Assembly (NCBI GenBank): GCA_027320085.1
Contig: DAHVLZ010000038.1
Span: 83,786-147,785 of the forward strand
DNA: 64,000 nucleotides
Origin: Pseudomonadota bacterium
GTDB taxonomy: Bacteria; Pseudomonadota; Gammaproteobacteria; JAKAQQ01
Direction: 5' to 3'
The notes beneath the pieces were generated by a model. It saw only the letters and a list, made by a program, of their open reading frames with translations, made no database searches and was not told the origin of the DNA. A program made the position numbers and the translations under genes. Within the stretch, counting starts at the first letter, position 1; each line of letters opens with the position of its first letter. This document shows, piece after piece, positions 11,030-20,308 of this stretch.

Positions 11030-12139
11030 TCAGCCGTGCAGGCTGGATTTCCGGTCCTGGCGGTAGTAGGCACCAAACCGGTTGTTCAAGAACTCTTTCA
11101 ATGAAAAATGTTCCTGCAAGATCAGCCCACGGCAGTTTGAGGCAAAAACCAGGTCGATGACAGCGCAAATCCCGGCCGCGGTCGTGATCTGGATCGCGGA
11201 CCAGAGCTGTTCGCCCACGCGATCCGGATAGACTGAATTCACATAGGTTTCCTCGTAGAAGGCACGTCCACGGTAGCCGGTGACATTGACGTAAATGAGA
11301 ACCACGTCCTGCTCGGTTCTCGGGATGGCTTTTTCGAGAATCGATTTCAGCGTCGCCCGGTCCCGGTTCAGTCCGAGATCGTTCATGAGAAACCGGACCA
11401 GTTCGCAGTGTCCTGGGTAACGGATCGTTTTGTAGGTCAGCGCATTGATCTTGCCCCGGTAAGTCTGGGACAGGGATCCCAGTCCGCCTGAGGTATTGAA
11501 CGCCTCATAGCGCCGCCCCTCAAGTTCGATACTCTCGAGACCTTCCAACGGAAGCAAATCGCTATCCCGTCCATCCAGAATTCCGCGGCAACTGTTTCCG
11601 TATTCGTTGATCAGTCCATCAGAGGACCAGGTCAGGGCATATTTCAGTGAATTGGATGGAAATTGGGGGAGAGCGCCCACCCGGAGCTTGGCTTCTTCGA
11701 GCCGGTCAAAGCGAGTCATGAGGTCATTGGCTACGATGCTGATGAAACCCGGGGCCAGCCCACACTGCGGCACGAAGGCCGAGCTTGCTCCCTGACTGAT
11801 TTCCGTCACGGCATCGGTTACGGAAACATCCTCGGTCAGATCGAAATAGTGACAATTGAGCTGACGGGCCACTCGGGCGACATTGACATTACAGTAAAAG
11901 GGAAGGCTCGAAACCAAGGCGTCGACCTTGAGTCGGGCGGCCGTTTCAGCCAGCGGCTTGGCCTCAGAGGCATCCAGAACCAACGGATGGATGGCCGATC
12001 CCGGGAAAGTGGCCGCGACACGGTGGACGGCTTGTTCATCCTGGTCGGCAAGGTGGACTTGATAGTCACCGGTGCGAGCCAAGAGCCCACCGAGTAGCGT
12101 TCCGATTTTTCCTGCTCCTAAAACGAGTACGTTTTTCAT
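11030..12139 (-). CDS. Saccharopine dehydrogenase-like / lysine 6-dehydrogenase family oxidoreductase
   Basis: VLGAGKIG Rossmann motif, HYFDLTED, PQCGLAPG, LTWSSDGLINEY, YKTIRYPGH; start moved to ATG 12139. Confidence 0.9.
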   Translation of the reverse strand: MKNVLVLGAGKIGTLLGGLLARTGDYQVHLADQDEQAVHRVAATFPGSAIHPLVLDASEAKPLAETAARLKVDALVSSLPFYCNVNVARVARQLNCHYFDLTEDVSVTDAVTEISQGASSAFVPQCGLAPGFISIVANDLMTRFDRLEEAKLRVGALPQFPSNSLKYALTWSSDGLINEYGNSCRGILDGRDSDLLPLEGLESIELEGRRYEAFNTSGGLGSLSQTYRGKINALTYKTIRYPGHCELVRFLMNDLGLNRDRATLKSILEKAIPRTEQDVVLIYVNVTGYRGRAFYEETYVNSVYPDRVGEQLWSAIQITTAAGICAVIDLVFASNCRGLILQEHFSLKEFLNNRFGAYYRQDRKSSLHG

Positions 12140-12402
12140 GATTTCAACCCCAACGTGGCTGCCGACAGACCTCCGCCCCGGCCATGTCGGCCAATTTAGA
12201 ATCCTGGTCAGGAATCCGGCTTCCGGGTCTCGCCCGAACGCCGTGGCACGCTTGTAATTTTGCCAGCCTTTATCTACGATTCCAAGCACCCGCCGAAAAA
12301 TGAGGGCCAGACGATCCGCGATGGGCGGACGTGGTCGGGTCAGCAGGTGCTGCTCAGGCCACCTCACCTCCACCTTTGATTCGAGAGATCGGGGAGAAAA
12401 CC

Positions 12403-12792
12403 ATGAAAACTGAGGTTTTGATGCTGGGTTTGTCGGTCTTGCTGGGATTGCTACAAATCTTGATTCCCACGCTGGGCCCCGTTTCTGATCGTGGATTGCG
12501 CTGGGCAATGGGTCCGAGAGACGCCATCTATCCTCCGATGGCGGGGATTTGGGGTCGCCTGGACCGCGCTTTGCGCAACTTTCTTGAAACCTTCCCGCTT
12601 TTTGTGGCCAGCCTGCTTGCCGTGATTGTTACCGGGAGAAGCAATGCATTGACGGTTCTTGGCGCGGAGCTTTATTTCTGGGCTCGATTGGTTTACGTGC
12701 CGACCTATGCCTTGGGGATCCCGATTTTACGGACCTTGATCTGGATGGTCTCGGTGGTCGGAATTCTGTTCCTGGTCGCGGCCCTCTTTTAG
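12403..12792 (+). CDS. MAPEG family membrane protein
   Basis: GPRD, RLDRALRNFLETFPLF, ARLVYVPTY; GGAG RBS. Confidence 0.88.
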   Translation: MKTEVLMLGLSVLLGLLQILIPTLGPVSDRGLRWAMGPRDAIYPPMAGIWGRLDRALRNFLETFPLFVASLLAVIVTGRSNALTVLGAELYFWARLVYVPTYALGIPILRTLIWMVSVVGILFLVAALF

Positions 12793-12854
12793 TCGGAAGA
12801 TTTCCGTAAAACTTCGGGAAGGGCCGTCTGGCCTGTTGTTTTTTGTCCAGTTCA

Positions 12855-12883
12855 GGATTAGACTAGACCGTCTAGTCTTGTCC
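12855..12883. promoter_or_regulatory. Palindromic operator, probable TetR binding site
   Basis: AGACTAGAC-C-GTCTAGTCT perfect inverted repeat, extended by GGA/TCC, about 25 nt before the tetR start. Confidence 0.75.
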
Positions 12884-12907
12884 AGCGATCGAATCGTTTG
12901 AGTGCTC

Positions 12908-13567
12908 ATGATTTGTCCTTCAGTCAATACGGAGTGCAGCAAGAGGTCCACCCCGCATGAACGCGAGGCCCTGATCTTGGGGGCTGCGCGGCACGTCTTT
13001 CTTGAGCAGGGCTTCGGTAACGCCACCATGGATGCCATTGCAATCGCTGCGGGTGTCTCGAAACAAACGGTTTACAACCACTTCGGTTCAAAGGAAGAAC
13101 TCTTTGCAGCCATGGTGAGATCCGGTTGCCAGGAACTACTCGATGTACTGCGAGTCGGTGCCGGCTCCGAAGATCCTGAGCAGGTCCTGCGGAGCATGGG
13201 AAGGCGATTTCTGGAGATGGCTCTGCAGCCGGAGAAACTGGCGCTGCGACGAGTCTTGCTGGCCGAAATTGCCCAGTTCCCGGAGTTGGGCCGGATCTAT
13301 TACCGTTCCGGACCGGCTTTTTTTCGTGGACTTCTCGCGGAGTATCTGGCTAAGCAGGACCGGAATGGTTTGCTCCTCGTAGAGGATCCCTCACTGTTGG
13401 CCGATCAGTTCGTGGGCATGCTCGCCTCTTGTCTCATGAAAGCGGAACTCGGCATCAAGCCCGAAATGGGCCCGGACGAACGCGAGCGGTATATCGTCCA
13501 TGCGGTGAAGCTTTTGATGCGGGCCACGCGTCCGGATACGGATTCCGGTTCCAGAAAAGGGGGCTGA
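12908..13567 (+). CDS. TetR/AcrR family transcriptional regulator
   Basis: FLEQGFGNATMDAIAIAAGVSKQTVYNHFGSKEELF HTH. Confidence 0.95.
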   Translation: MICPSVNTECSKRSTPHEREALILGAARHVFLEQGFGNATMDAIAIAAGVSKQTVYNHFGSKEELFAAMVRSGCQELLDVLRVGAGSEDPEQVLRSMGRRFLEMALQPEKLALRRVLLAEIAQFPELGRIYYRSGPAFFRGLLAEYLAKQDRNGLLLVEDPSLLADQFVGMLASCLMKAELGIKPEMGPDERERYIVHAVKLLMRATRPDTDSGSRKGG

Positions 13568-13571
13568 CCGG

Positions 13572-15080
13572 ATGAGGCGCGCCCGCACCTGCGGACGAAT
13601 TCTGGGAGTCGGCGGACTCTTGTTCCTGTCGGGCTGCACAATCGGGCCTCGATTCCACCGACCGTCTCCGCCTCCCGTGAACCGGTATACCGCATCGAAG
13701 AGACTCTCCGGAAGCCGTCGCTACCCCGGAGTGACCCCTCAGACCTTTGTCCGAGGGAAAATGGTTGGATCCCGCTGGTGGCGGCAGTTCAAAAACGCCC
13801 AGTTGAACGCCTGGGTCCGGGAGGCCTTGGTCCACAACCCCGGACTGCATTCCGCCACGGCCATCCTGATGGAAGCGCATTATGCCCTGCGGGCTGATCA
13901 GGGAATTTTCTTTCCCCAGGTTTCGCTGGGGCTCAGCGGAGAACGGAACCGCGGCTCGGGTGCCACATCCGGTGGGGTTTTCAGCCCTCCGCTGTTCAAC
14001 CTGTACAACGGCGGAGTATCCGTGAGTTATTACCCGGATATCTTCGGACTCAACCGTCTCCTGACCAACCAGGCCCGGGCCCAGGAAGACGTCGCGCAGG
14101 ATGAACTGGATGCGGCCCGGCTCACACTCGAAGGAGACGTCCTCGACACCGTTTTCAACTGGGTTGCCGTGAACCAGGAAATCCAAGCGCAGGAGAGGAG
14201 TATCTCGGATCAGCGCCAACTTTTATCCCTGGTCGAAAAAAGCTATCGGCTGGGTGCCGATTCCCTACTGGATGTCGAGAACCAAAAAAGCACCTTGGCG
14301 ACCGCTGAGGCGGCGCTTCCGCCACTGGAAACGGACCTGGCCGACGAGTCCCATCTCCTGGCCATTTATCTCGGCCGTTTCCCCGCCCAGCTCACGCACC
14401 TTCCGGAAAGCGGGTTCCGTGGAATCCACCTTCCCCGACACCTGCCCCTTGTGCTGCCGTCCCGGTTGATCCTGACTCGTCCTGACATCCGTGCCGCAGA
14501 GGCCCAGATGGTGGCGGCCAACGCACAAGTGGGTCAAGCAGTGGCCCGGATGTATCCACTCATCGAGCTGACCGGAAGTGCCGGTGTGGAGAGTAATCAC
14601 TGGGCCGACCTTTTCCTGTCGGCCAGCCGGATCTGGAACATTGCCGCTGATCTCACGCTCCCCATCTTTGACGGTGGGACCCTGGTCGCCGAGAAGGAGG
14701 AAGCTGAGGCCTCCTACCGTTCCATTTTTGCCAACTATCAATCAACCGTCCTTGATGCCTTTGGGCAGGTGGCGAATGTCTTGCGTGCACTCGAGCAGGA
14801 TTCCACCACATATGGGGCCGATCGCCGTGCCCTCAAGGCGGCCCGGCGGGCATTTGCGCTGGTTCACGTGGAATATGTTGCGGGTGCGGTGGATTACCTC
14901 AGTGTCCTGACCACGGAAACCCAGCTCGAGCAGGCGCGGATTGCTGAAATCCGTGCCCATCTCCAGCGTTATACCGATACAGTTGCGTTATACGTCGCCT
15001 TGGGCGGCGGTCGTTTCCCTGCGGGCCGGCATCACACTACTTCTTCCGTCCACCAACCCGTTCCAAGAGATACGCCATGA
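13572..15080 (+). CDS. Efflux outer membrane factor lipoprotein (NodT/OprM family)
   Basis: Lipobox LSGC, WWRQF, PSRLILTRPDIRAAE, LYVALGGG. Confidence 0.93.
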   Translation: MRRARTCGRILGVGGLLFLSGCTIGPRFHRPSPPPVNRYTASKRLSGSRRYPGVTPQTFVRGKMVGSRWWRQFKNAQLNAWVREALVHNPGLHSATAILMEAHYALRADQGIFFPQVSLGLSGERNRGSGATSGGVFSPPLFNLYNGGVSVSYYPDIFGLNRLLTNQARAQEDVAQDELDAARLTLEGDVLDTVFNWVAVNQEIQAQERSISDQRQLLSLVEKSYRLGADSLLDVENQKSTLATAEAALPPLETDLADESHLLAIYLGRFPAQLTHLPESGFRGIHLPRHLPLVLPSRLILTRPDIRAAEAQMVAANAQVGQAVARMYPLIELTGSAGVESNHWADLFLSASRIWNIAADLTLPIFDGGTLVAEKEEAEASYRSIFANYQSTVLDAFGQVANVLRALEQDSTTYGADRRALKAARRAFALVHVEYVAGAVDYLSVLTTETQLEQARIAEIRAHLQRYTDTVALYVALGGGRFPAGRHHTTSSVHQPVPRDTP

Positions 15081-16183
15081 TCAAGTCAAGAAAAGGGATT
15101 CTCGTGCGCACCGGGATCGCGGTCCTGGTTGCTTTGGTTCTGCTTTTCGGGATCAAGTTCTGGCTTGGCTATGAGCAATTCCAGGCCATGGCCCGGCGTG
15201 GCCCCATGCGGGTCAGTGTTTCTGTATCCCCGGTTCGCTCGATGCCCTGGCAGGCGGAATTTCATGCCGTCGCCAATATCAGCGCAGTTTCCGGGGTTGA
15301 ACTCACCCCTCAGCTTGCCGGGGAGATTACGGCGATTGATTTTCATTCGGGAGAATACGTGCACCGGGGCCAGTTGCTGCTCGAAATCGACAATTCGAAC
15401 CAGCGGGCGCAACTGGCCAGTGACCGGGCGGCCCTCGAGCTGGCGGAAGTGAATTATCGACGGGATCGGCGACTGTATGCCGCCAAGGCAGCCAGCCATT
15501 CGGTTCTGGATACCGCGATTGCCAACCGGAATAGTGCTCGGGCAGCCGTGGCCAATGACGAGGCCACCTTGCGAAAGCTGGCGTTCCGGGCCCCGTTCTC
15601 TGGCTGGATCGGTGTCCGCGATGTCAGCGTGGGCCAGTATCTGACGCCCGGGACATCGATCGCGGCGCTCAACGCCTGGAATCCGCTGCGGGTTCAGTTT
15701 ACGGTTCCCCAAAACCGGATGCCGCTGCTGCATCCGGGCCAAACCGTCCGGCTGAGCGTGGATGCGTATCCCGATCGGATTTTCCAGGCCCGGGTCATCG
15801 CCTTGAGTTCCCGGGTCAATCCCGCCACCCGCAATGTCACGGTGGATGCCAATCTGCCGAACGCCCACGATTGGTTGCGCCCCGGCATGTTTGGGGAAGT
15901 CACGATCCGCCTGGGGAAATCCCGGATGTTGCTCGTGGTTCCACGCGAGGCCATCACATACAGTACCTTCGGGGACTATGTCTACGTCATCCACACGCAC
16001 AAAATGCCGGGGGGTCATGAATTGCCGGTCGCCATTGCAACTTCGGTCCGGGTCGGGGTGACCCGAGGAACCTGGACACCGATCATGAGCGGCCTCAAGC
16101 TGGGCGAGCAGGTTGTCGTGGCGGGTCAAGTCAAGCTGAGAAGCGGCATGCCGGTCGTCCTCCATCCGGCGGCGGCGCACTGA
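15077..16183 (+). CDS. RND efflux periplasmic adaptor (MFP)
   Basis: N-terminal TM, RAPFSG, LRPGMFG, GQVKL. Confidence 0.93.
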   Translation: MIKSRKGILVRTGIAVLVALVLLFGIKFWLGYEQFQAMARRGPMRVSVSVSPVRSMPWQAEFHAVANISAVSGVELTPQLAGEITAIDFHSGEYVHRGQLLLEIDNSNQRAQLASDRAALELAEVNYRRDRRLYAAKAASHSVLDTAIANRNSARAAVANDEATLRKLAFRAPFSGWIGVRDVSVGQYLTPGTSIAALNAWNPLRVQFTVPQNRMPLLHPGQTVRLSVDAYPDRIFQARVIALSSRVNPATRNVTVDANLPNAHDWLRPGMFGEVTIRLGKSRMLLVVPREAITYSTFGDYVYVIHTHKMPGGHELPVAIATSVRVGVTRGTWTPIMSGLKLGEQVVVAGQVKLRSGMPVVLHPAAAH

Positions 16184-16195
16184 CCGGAGAGCACT

Positions 16196-19100
16196 GTGCG
16201 ATTTACCGATCTGTTTATTCGTCGCCCGGTTCTCGCGACAGCTCTCAACCTGATCGTCCTGATCCTTGGATTGCGGGCATGGACCTCCATGACGGTGGAG
16301 GAGTACCCGCCCGTGACGAGTACCCTCATCACCGTGACCACGGCTTATCCCGGGGCTGATCCCCGGACGGTCCAGGGTTTCGTGACGGCGCGACTGGAAC
16401 AGGCCATTGCCCAGGCCCCCGGCATCGATTACATGACGGCGGTCAGTGCCGAGGGTCTGTCGACCGAAACGGTCTACATGAAGCTCAACTATAACCCCAA
16501 CGCGGCGGTGGCCCAGATCCTGTCCAAGGTCCAGCAGGTGCAGAACCAGCTCCCCCCAGGTACCCTCGCGCCCGTCATCAACGAGACGGTGGGTGACCAG
16601 ACGGCCTTGATTTACCTTTCCTTCTACAGCCGGACCCTGAACCAGCAGCAGGTCAATGACTACGTCCTGCGTGTGGCCCAACCCATGATCCAGGGGATGC
16701 CGGGGGTGGGTGAGGCCCAAATCGTTCCGGCCGGGACCGGGCCCAGCGGAAACAGTTTTGTCTTGCGGGCATGGCTCAACCCGAACCGCATGGCGGCGCT
16801 CGGCATTTCGCCGTCCATGGTCTCGGCAGCTCTCGCGGCGAACAATTTCATCAGTACGGTTGGACGAACCAAATCCGGCGGTGTCGCGCAGACCATCAGT
16901 GCGGAGACCTCGCTCAATAACGTGAATGCCTTCAAGCGGCTGGTCGTCGCACGGGTCGGGAACACGCTGATCCACCTGTCCGATGTGGCGCGGGTGGCCC
17001 TCGGTGCCCAGAACTACAACCAGGCGGTTTATTACAACGGAACCCCGGCCGTTTTCATCGGGGTCTTTCCATCGCCCGGTGCCAACAGCCTGACCGTCGC
17101 GCATGGCGTTCACCTGGCTTTTGCCCGCATGCAGCGGAATCTGCCACCCGGTATTCACGTGGCCATTCCCTACGACGGCAGCCATTTCATTGTCGAATCG
17201 ATCCACGAGGTCATGGTCACGATTGCCATCACCCTGGCCATCGTCGTGATGGTGATCTTCCTGTTCTTGGGATCACTCCGCTCGCTGATCATCCCCGCAG
17301 TCGCCATTCCGCTTTCGGTCATCGGTGCCGGTATCTTCATGTCGATTGCCGGATATTCGGTCAACCTGCTGACCCTGCTGGCGGTCGTTCTGGCCATTGG
17401 TCTCGTGGTCGATGATGCCATCATTGTCGTGGAAAATATTCATCGACTCATGGAATCCGGGCAGTCGGCAAGGGATGCAGCCATTCATGGTGCGCGGGAA
17501 CTGGCTGCACCGATCATCGTCATGGCCACGACCCTGGCGGCCGTGTTTGCACCCATCGGGTTGACCGGAGGACTCACAGGCACCCTGTTTTCCCAGTTTG
17601 CCTTTACCTTGGTTTTTGCGGTGGCGGTCTCGGCCCTCGTGGCCCTGACCCTGTCACCGGTACTGTCTTCCAAAGTCCTGCGTCCGGCAAAAAGCCATGG
17701 ATTCGCCCACTGGACGGATGTCAGCTTTGAGCGAATCCGGAAGGCGTATGTCCGGTCCCTGGAGGCTGTGATCGAGAATCGGGTGTCCTTGATCATCGTG
17801 ATTCTCGCCATTCTGATCGCGATTCCCGTCTTTTTCCTGAATATTCCTTCCGAGCTGGCTCCGACGGAGGACCAGGGACTGCTTTTGGTCTCGGCGACTG
17901 CACCGCCGACCGCAACCCTGAAGTACCTCAATCACTACGCTACCCAGATCCGTTCCGTTTTCCAGACTTTCCCCGAGACCCGGCAGGTTTTCCAGATCAA
18001 CGGTGTTTCCTTGACCGGAGGTGCTGGCAACAACTCCAGCATCAGCGGAATGAAGCTGGTCAGCTGGAGGAACCGCTCAAAAACACAGATGCAGCTCTTG
18101 GCTCCCTTGCAGGCGAAACTCAACCGACTGACCGGTGTCCAGGCCGCGGCCTTCCAAAAACCCACGCTGCCCGGCTCGCCTACCGGTTTTCCGGTCCAGT
18201 TCGTGTTGACCACGAGCGGGTCCTACCTCACGCTTGACCATCTGGCCTCGGAAATGATCGGCCGGGCCATGCAAAGCCACCGGTTTCTGTTCTTGACCAA
18301 AGATCTCCGTTACGACAACCCCCAGGTCCGGCTGAAAATCCACCGCAACCTGGCGGCCAGCATGGGCATCACCATGGCGGAGCTGAGCGGCAACCTGAGC
18401 CCACTGCTCAGCGGCAACTACATCAACCGTTTCGATCTGAATGGACGGAGCTACAAGGTGATTCCCCAGGTGTCGGATCGCTATCGGGCTTATCCCCAGA
18501 TGTTGGGACGTTACTACATTCCAACGGGAACGGGCGCGTTGATCCCGCTGTCCACACTGGTTTCAGCACACGCAGTGACCCAACCGGAGTTCCTGCCGCA
18601 GTTCCAGCAATTGAACTCGGCGACCGTGGAAGGGGTGATGGCACCGGGGGTGACCCTGGGCCAAGCCTTGTCCTACCTGCGAGGCCTGGCCCGTCAGATC
18701 TTGCCCCGGGGCTTCAGTTACGATTATGCCGGACTATCCCGGCAATTCATGCAACAGGGCAATACCTTTCTGATCACCTTTCTTTTGGCTGTGATCTTGG
18801 TCTACTTGCTCCTGGCCATGCAGTTCGAGAGCTTCCGGGATCCGTTGATTGTCATGATCACCGTACCCATGGCAATCTCGGGTGCGCTCGTGTTCATGTA
18901 CTACGGGGCGGCTACGATCAACATCTATACGGAAGTGGGGCTCGTCACCTTGATCGGACTGATCACCAAACAGGGCATCCTGATCGTTCAGTTCGCCAAT
19001 ACGATTCAGGAAAACGAGGGGCTCGACCGCATCCGGGCCGTTGTCGAGGCTTCGAGTATCCGCTTGCGTCCGATTCTCATGACCACGGGTGCGATGGTCT

Positions 19101-19267
19101 TTGGCGCGGTGCCGCTGATTTTCGCAGTGGGCCCTGGAGCGGTCAGTCGCTTTGACATGGGGCTGGTCATTGCAGCGGGTCTGGCCATTGGAGCCCTGTT
19201 CTCACTCTATGTGGTCCCTGTGTTCTATTCCTACCTCGCGACCGACAAGTCCCCCGCTGCCGGCTGA
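16196..19267 (+). CDS. RND efflux permease (HAE1 family)
   Basis: 1023 aa, FIRRPV, GLVVDDAIIVVEN, RLRPILMTT. Confidence 0.96.
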   Translation: MRFTDLFIRRPVLATALNLIVLILGLRAWTSMTVEEYPPVTSTLITVTTAYPGADPRTVQGFVTARLEQAIAQAPGIDYMTAVSAEGLSTETVYMKLNYNPNAAVAQILSKVQQVQNQLPPGTLAPVINETVGDQTALIYLSFYSRTLNQQQVNDYVLRVAQPMIQGMPGVGEAQIVPAGTGPSGNSFVLRAWLNPNRMAALGISPSMVSAALAANNFISTVGRTKSGGVAQTISAETSLNNVNAFKRLVVARVGNTLIHLSDVARVALGAQNYNQAVYYNGTPAVFIGVFPSPGANSLTVAHGVHLAFARMQRNLPPGIHVAIPYDGSHFIVESIHEVMVTIAITLAIVVMVIFLFLGSLRSLIIPAVAIPLSVIGAGIFMSIAGYSVNLLTLLAVVLAIGLVVDDAIIVVENIHRLMESGQSARDAAIHGARELAAPIIVMATTLAAVFAPIGLTGGLTGTLFSQFAFTLVFAVAVSALVALTLSPVLSSKVLRPAKSHGFAHWTDVSFERIRKAYVRSLEAVIENRVSLIIVILAILIAIPVFFLNIPSELAPTEDQGLLLVSATAPPTATLKYLNHYATQIRSVFQTFPETRQVFQINGVSLTGGAGNNSSISGMKLVSWRNRSKTQMQLLAPLQAKLNRLTGVQAAAFQKPTLPGSPTGFPVQFVLTTSGSYLTLDHLASEMIGRAMQSHRFLFLTKDLRYDNPQVRLKIHRNLAASMGITMAELSGNLSPLLSGNYINRFDLNGRSYKVIPQVSDRYRAYPQMLGRYYIPTGTGALIPLSTLVSAHAVTQPEFLPQFQQLNSATVEGVMAPGVTLGQALSYLRGLARQILPRGFSYDYAGLSRQFMQQGNTFLITFLLAVILVYLLLAMQFESFRDPLIVMITVPMAISGALVFMYYGAATINIYTEVGLVTLIGLITKQGILIVQFANTIQENEGLDRIRAVVEASSIRLRPILMTTGAMVFGAVPLIFAVGPGAVSRFDMGLVIAAGLAIGALFSLYVVPVFYSYLATDKSPAAG

Positions 19268-19293
19268 GCAGTGACAAAAGTGGAGGGGCGGGC

Positions 19294-20184
19294 CTATAAA
19301 GGGGGGAAATGCCCGCTCCGGTAGTCGGTGAGAACCTTCTCCATTTCCTCCCGCGTGTTCGTTACAAAAGGCCCGTACTGGATGATCGGTTCATGGAGCG
19401 GTTGCCCGGTCATGAACAAGGCTCGGGCTCCGGCGGGACCGGCCAGGCAGGCGACAGCCGGGCCGGGAGCCGTGATGATGAGGACGGACGGCATGGCCCA
19501 CTGTGAGGGGGGGTGGGTTCCCACCGCAAGACTTCCCTCATACGGGTAAAGCAGGACCCGTGCAGAGGGTCCGACCGAGCAGGCAAAGATCGATCCCGGT
19601 TCGAGTGCAACGTCCGCGATGCAAGGTTCCGTGACCGGAGAAGACAGCGGTCCCTCAAGGGTCCGTTCCTGCCACGAGATCCGGCCGGAGAGCAGGCGGA
19701 GCCGGCAGCCCGGACCCCATTCGCGGGTCGGGATCTCCGCTTGCCCAAGATCCCGGTAACTGGCTTTCACCCGCTTTCTGGATTGCGGCAAATTGATCCA
19801 GAGCTGGAATCCCCGCAGTCGACCTTCCTTCTGCAACGGCATTTCGGAATGCACGATCCCCTGGCCCGCCGTCATCCATTGCGCACCCCCGGCCTCGAGC
19901 GTTCCTTGGTGACCCAGGTGATCCTCGTGGCGGAGTCGGCCCTCCAGTAGGTAGGTCACGGTCTCAAAGCCACAGTGCGGATGCGAGGGGAAGCCGGCAA
20001 TATACTCTTGCGGTTGGTCGGTTCCGAACTCGTCGAGCATCAGGAAGGGATCCTGGTAAAGTCCGGAACGCTGGCCAATACTGCGGCGAATCCGGACGCC
20101 GGCGCCATCCCACGTTTCAATCGAGGGTAGCAATCCGGCGATTGTCCGAAGCGGAGAAGCCGGGTTTTCAGGCTCTTGAGTCAT
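19294..20184 (-). CDS. Pirin family protein
   Basis: DPFLMLDEF, HPHCGFETVTY, GIVHSEMP, YGPFV. Confidence 0.95.
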   Translation of the reverse strand: MTQEPENPASPLRTIAGLLPSIETWDGAGVRIRRSIGQRSGLYQDPFLMLDEFGTDQPQEYIAGFPSHPHCGFETVTYLLEGRLRHEDHLGHQGTLEAGGAQWMTAGQGIVHSEMPLQKEGRLRGFQLWINLPQSRKRVKASYRDLGQAEIPTREWGPGCRLRLLSGRISWQERTLEGPLSSPVTEPCIADVALEPGSIFACSVGPSARVLLYPYEGSLAVGTHPPSQWAMPSVLIITAPGPAVACLAGPAGARALFMTGQPLHEPIIQYGPFVTNTREEMEKVLTDYRSGHFPPL

Positions 20185-20308
20185 GTCCTATCTTAGGGGA
20201 TTGCCCAAAAAGACGCACCCCGGGGGCCGGATGGATACTTCCAGGCTGGGCATCAGGTAAAATTTACGGACCCTCCGCAACCTTTCCACCGCGAAACGGG
20301 ATGGTGTC

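Noticed and set aside
12140-12402. Possible lysine riboswitch and a 122-aa N-terminal extension of the dehydrogenase ORF
   Set aside because: Conserved L-box motifs not found; the extension overlaps the MAPEG gene and precedes the Rossmann start, so it is likely non-coding
15086-17206. 706-aa antisense ORF
   Set aside because: Shadow of the MFP/RND genes; long antisense frames are expected from GC-rich codon bias and it has no motifs
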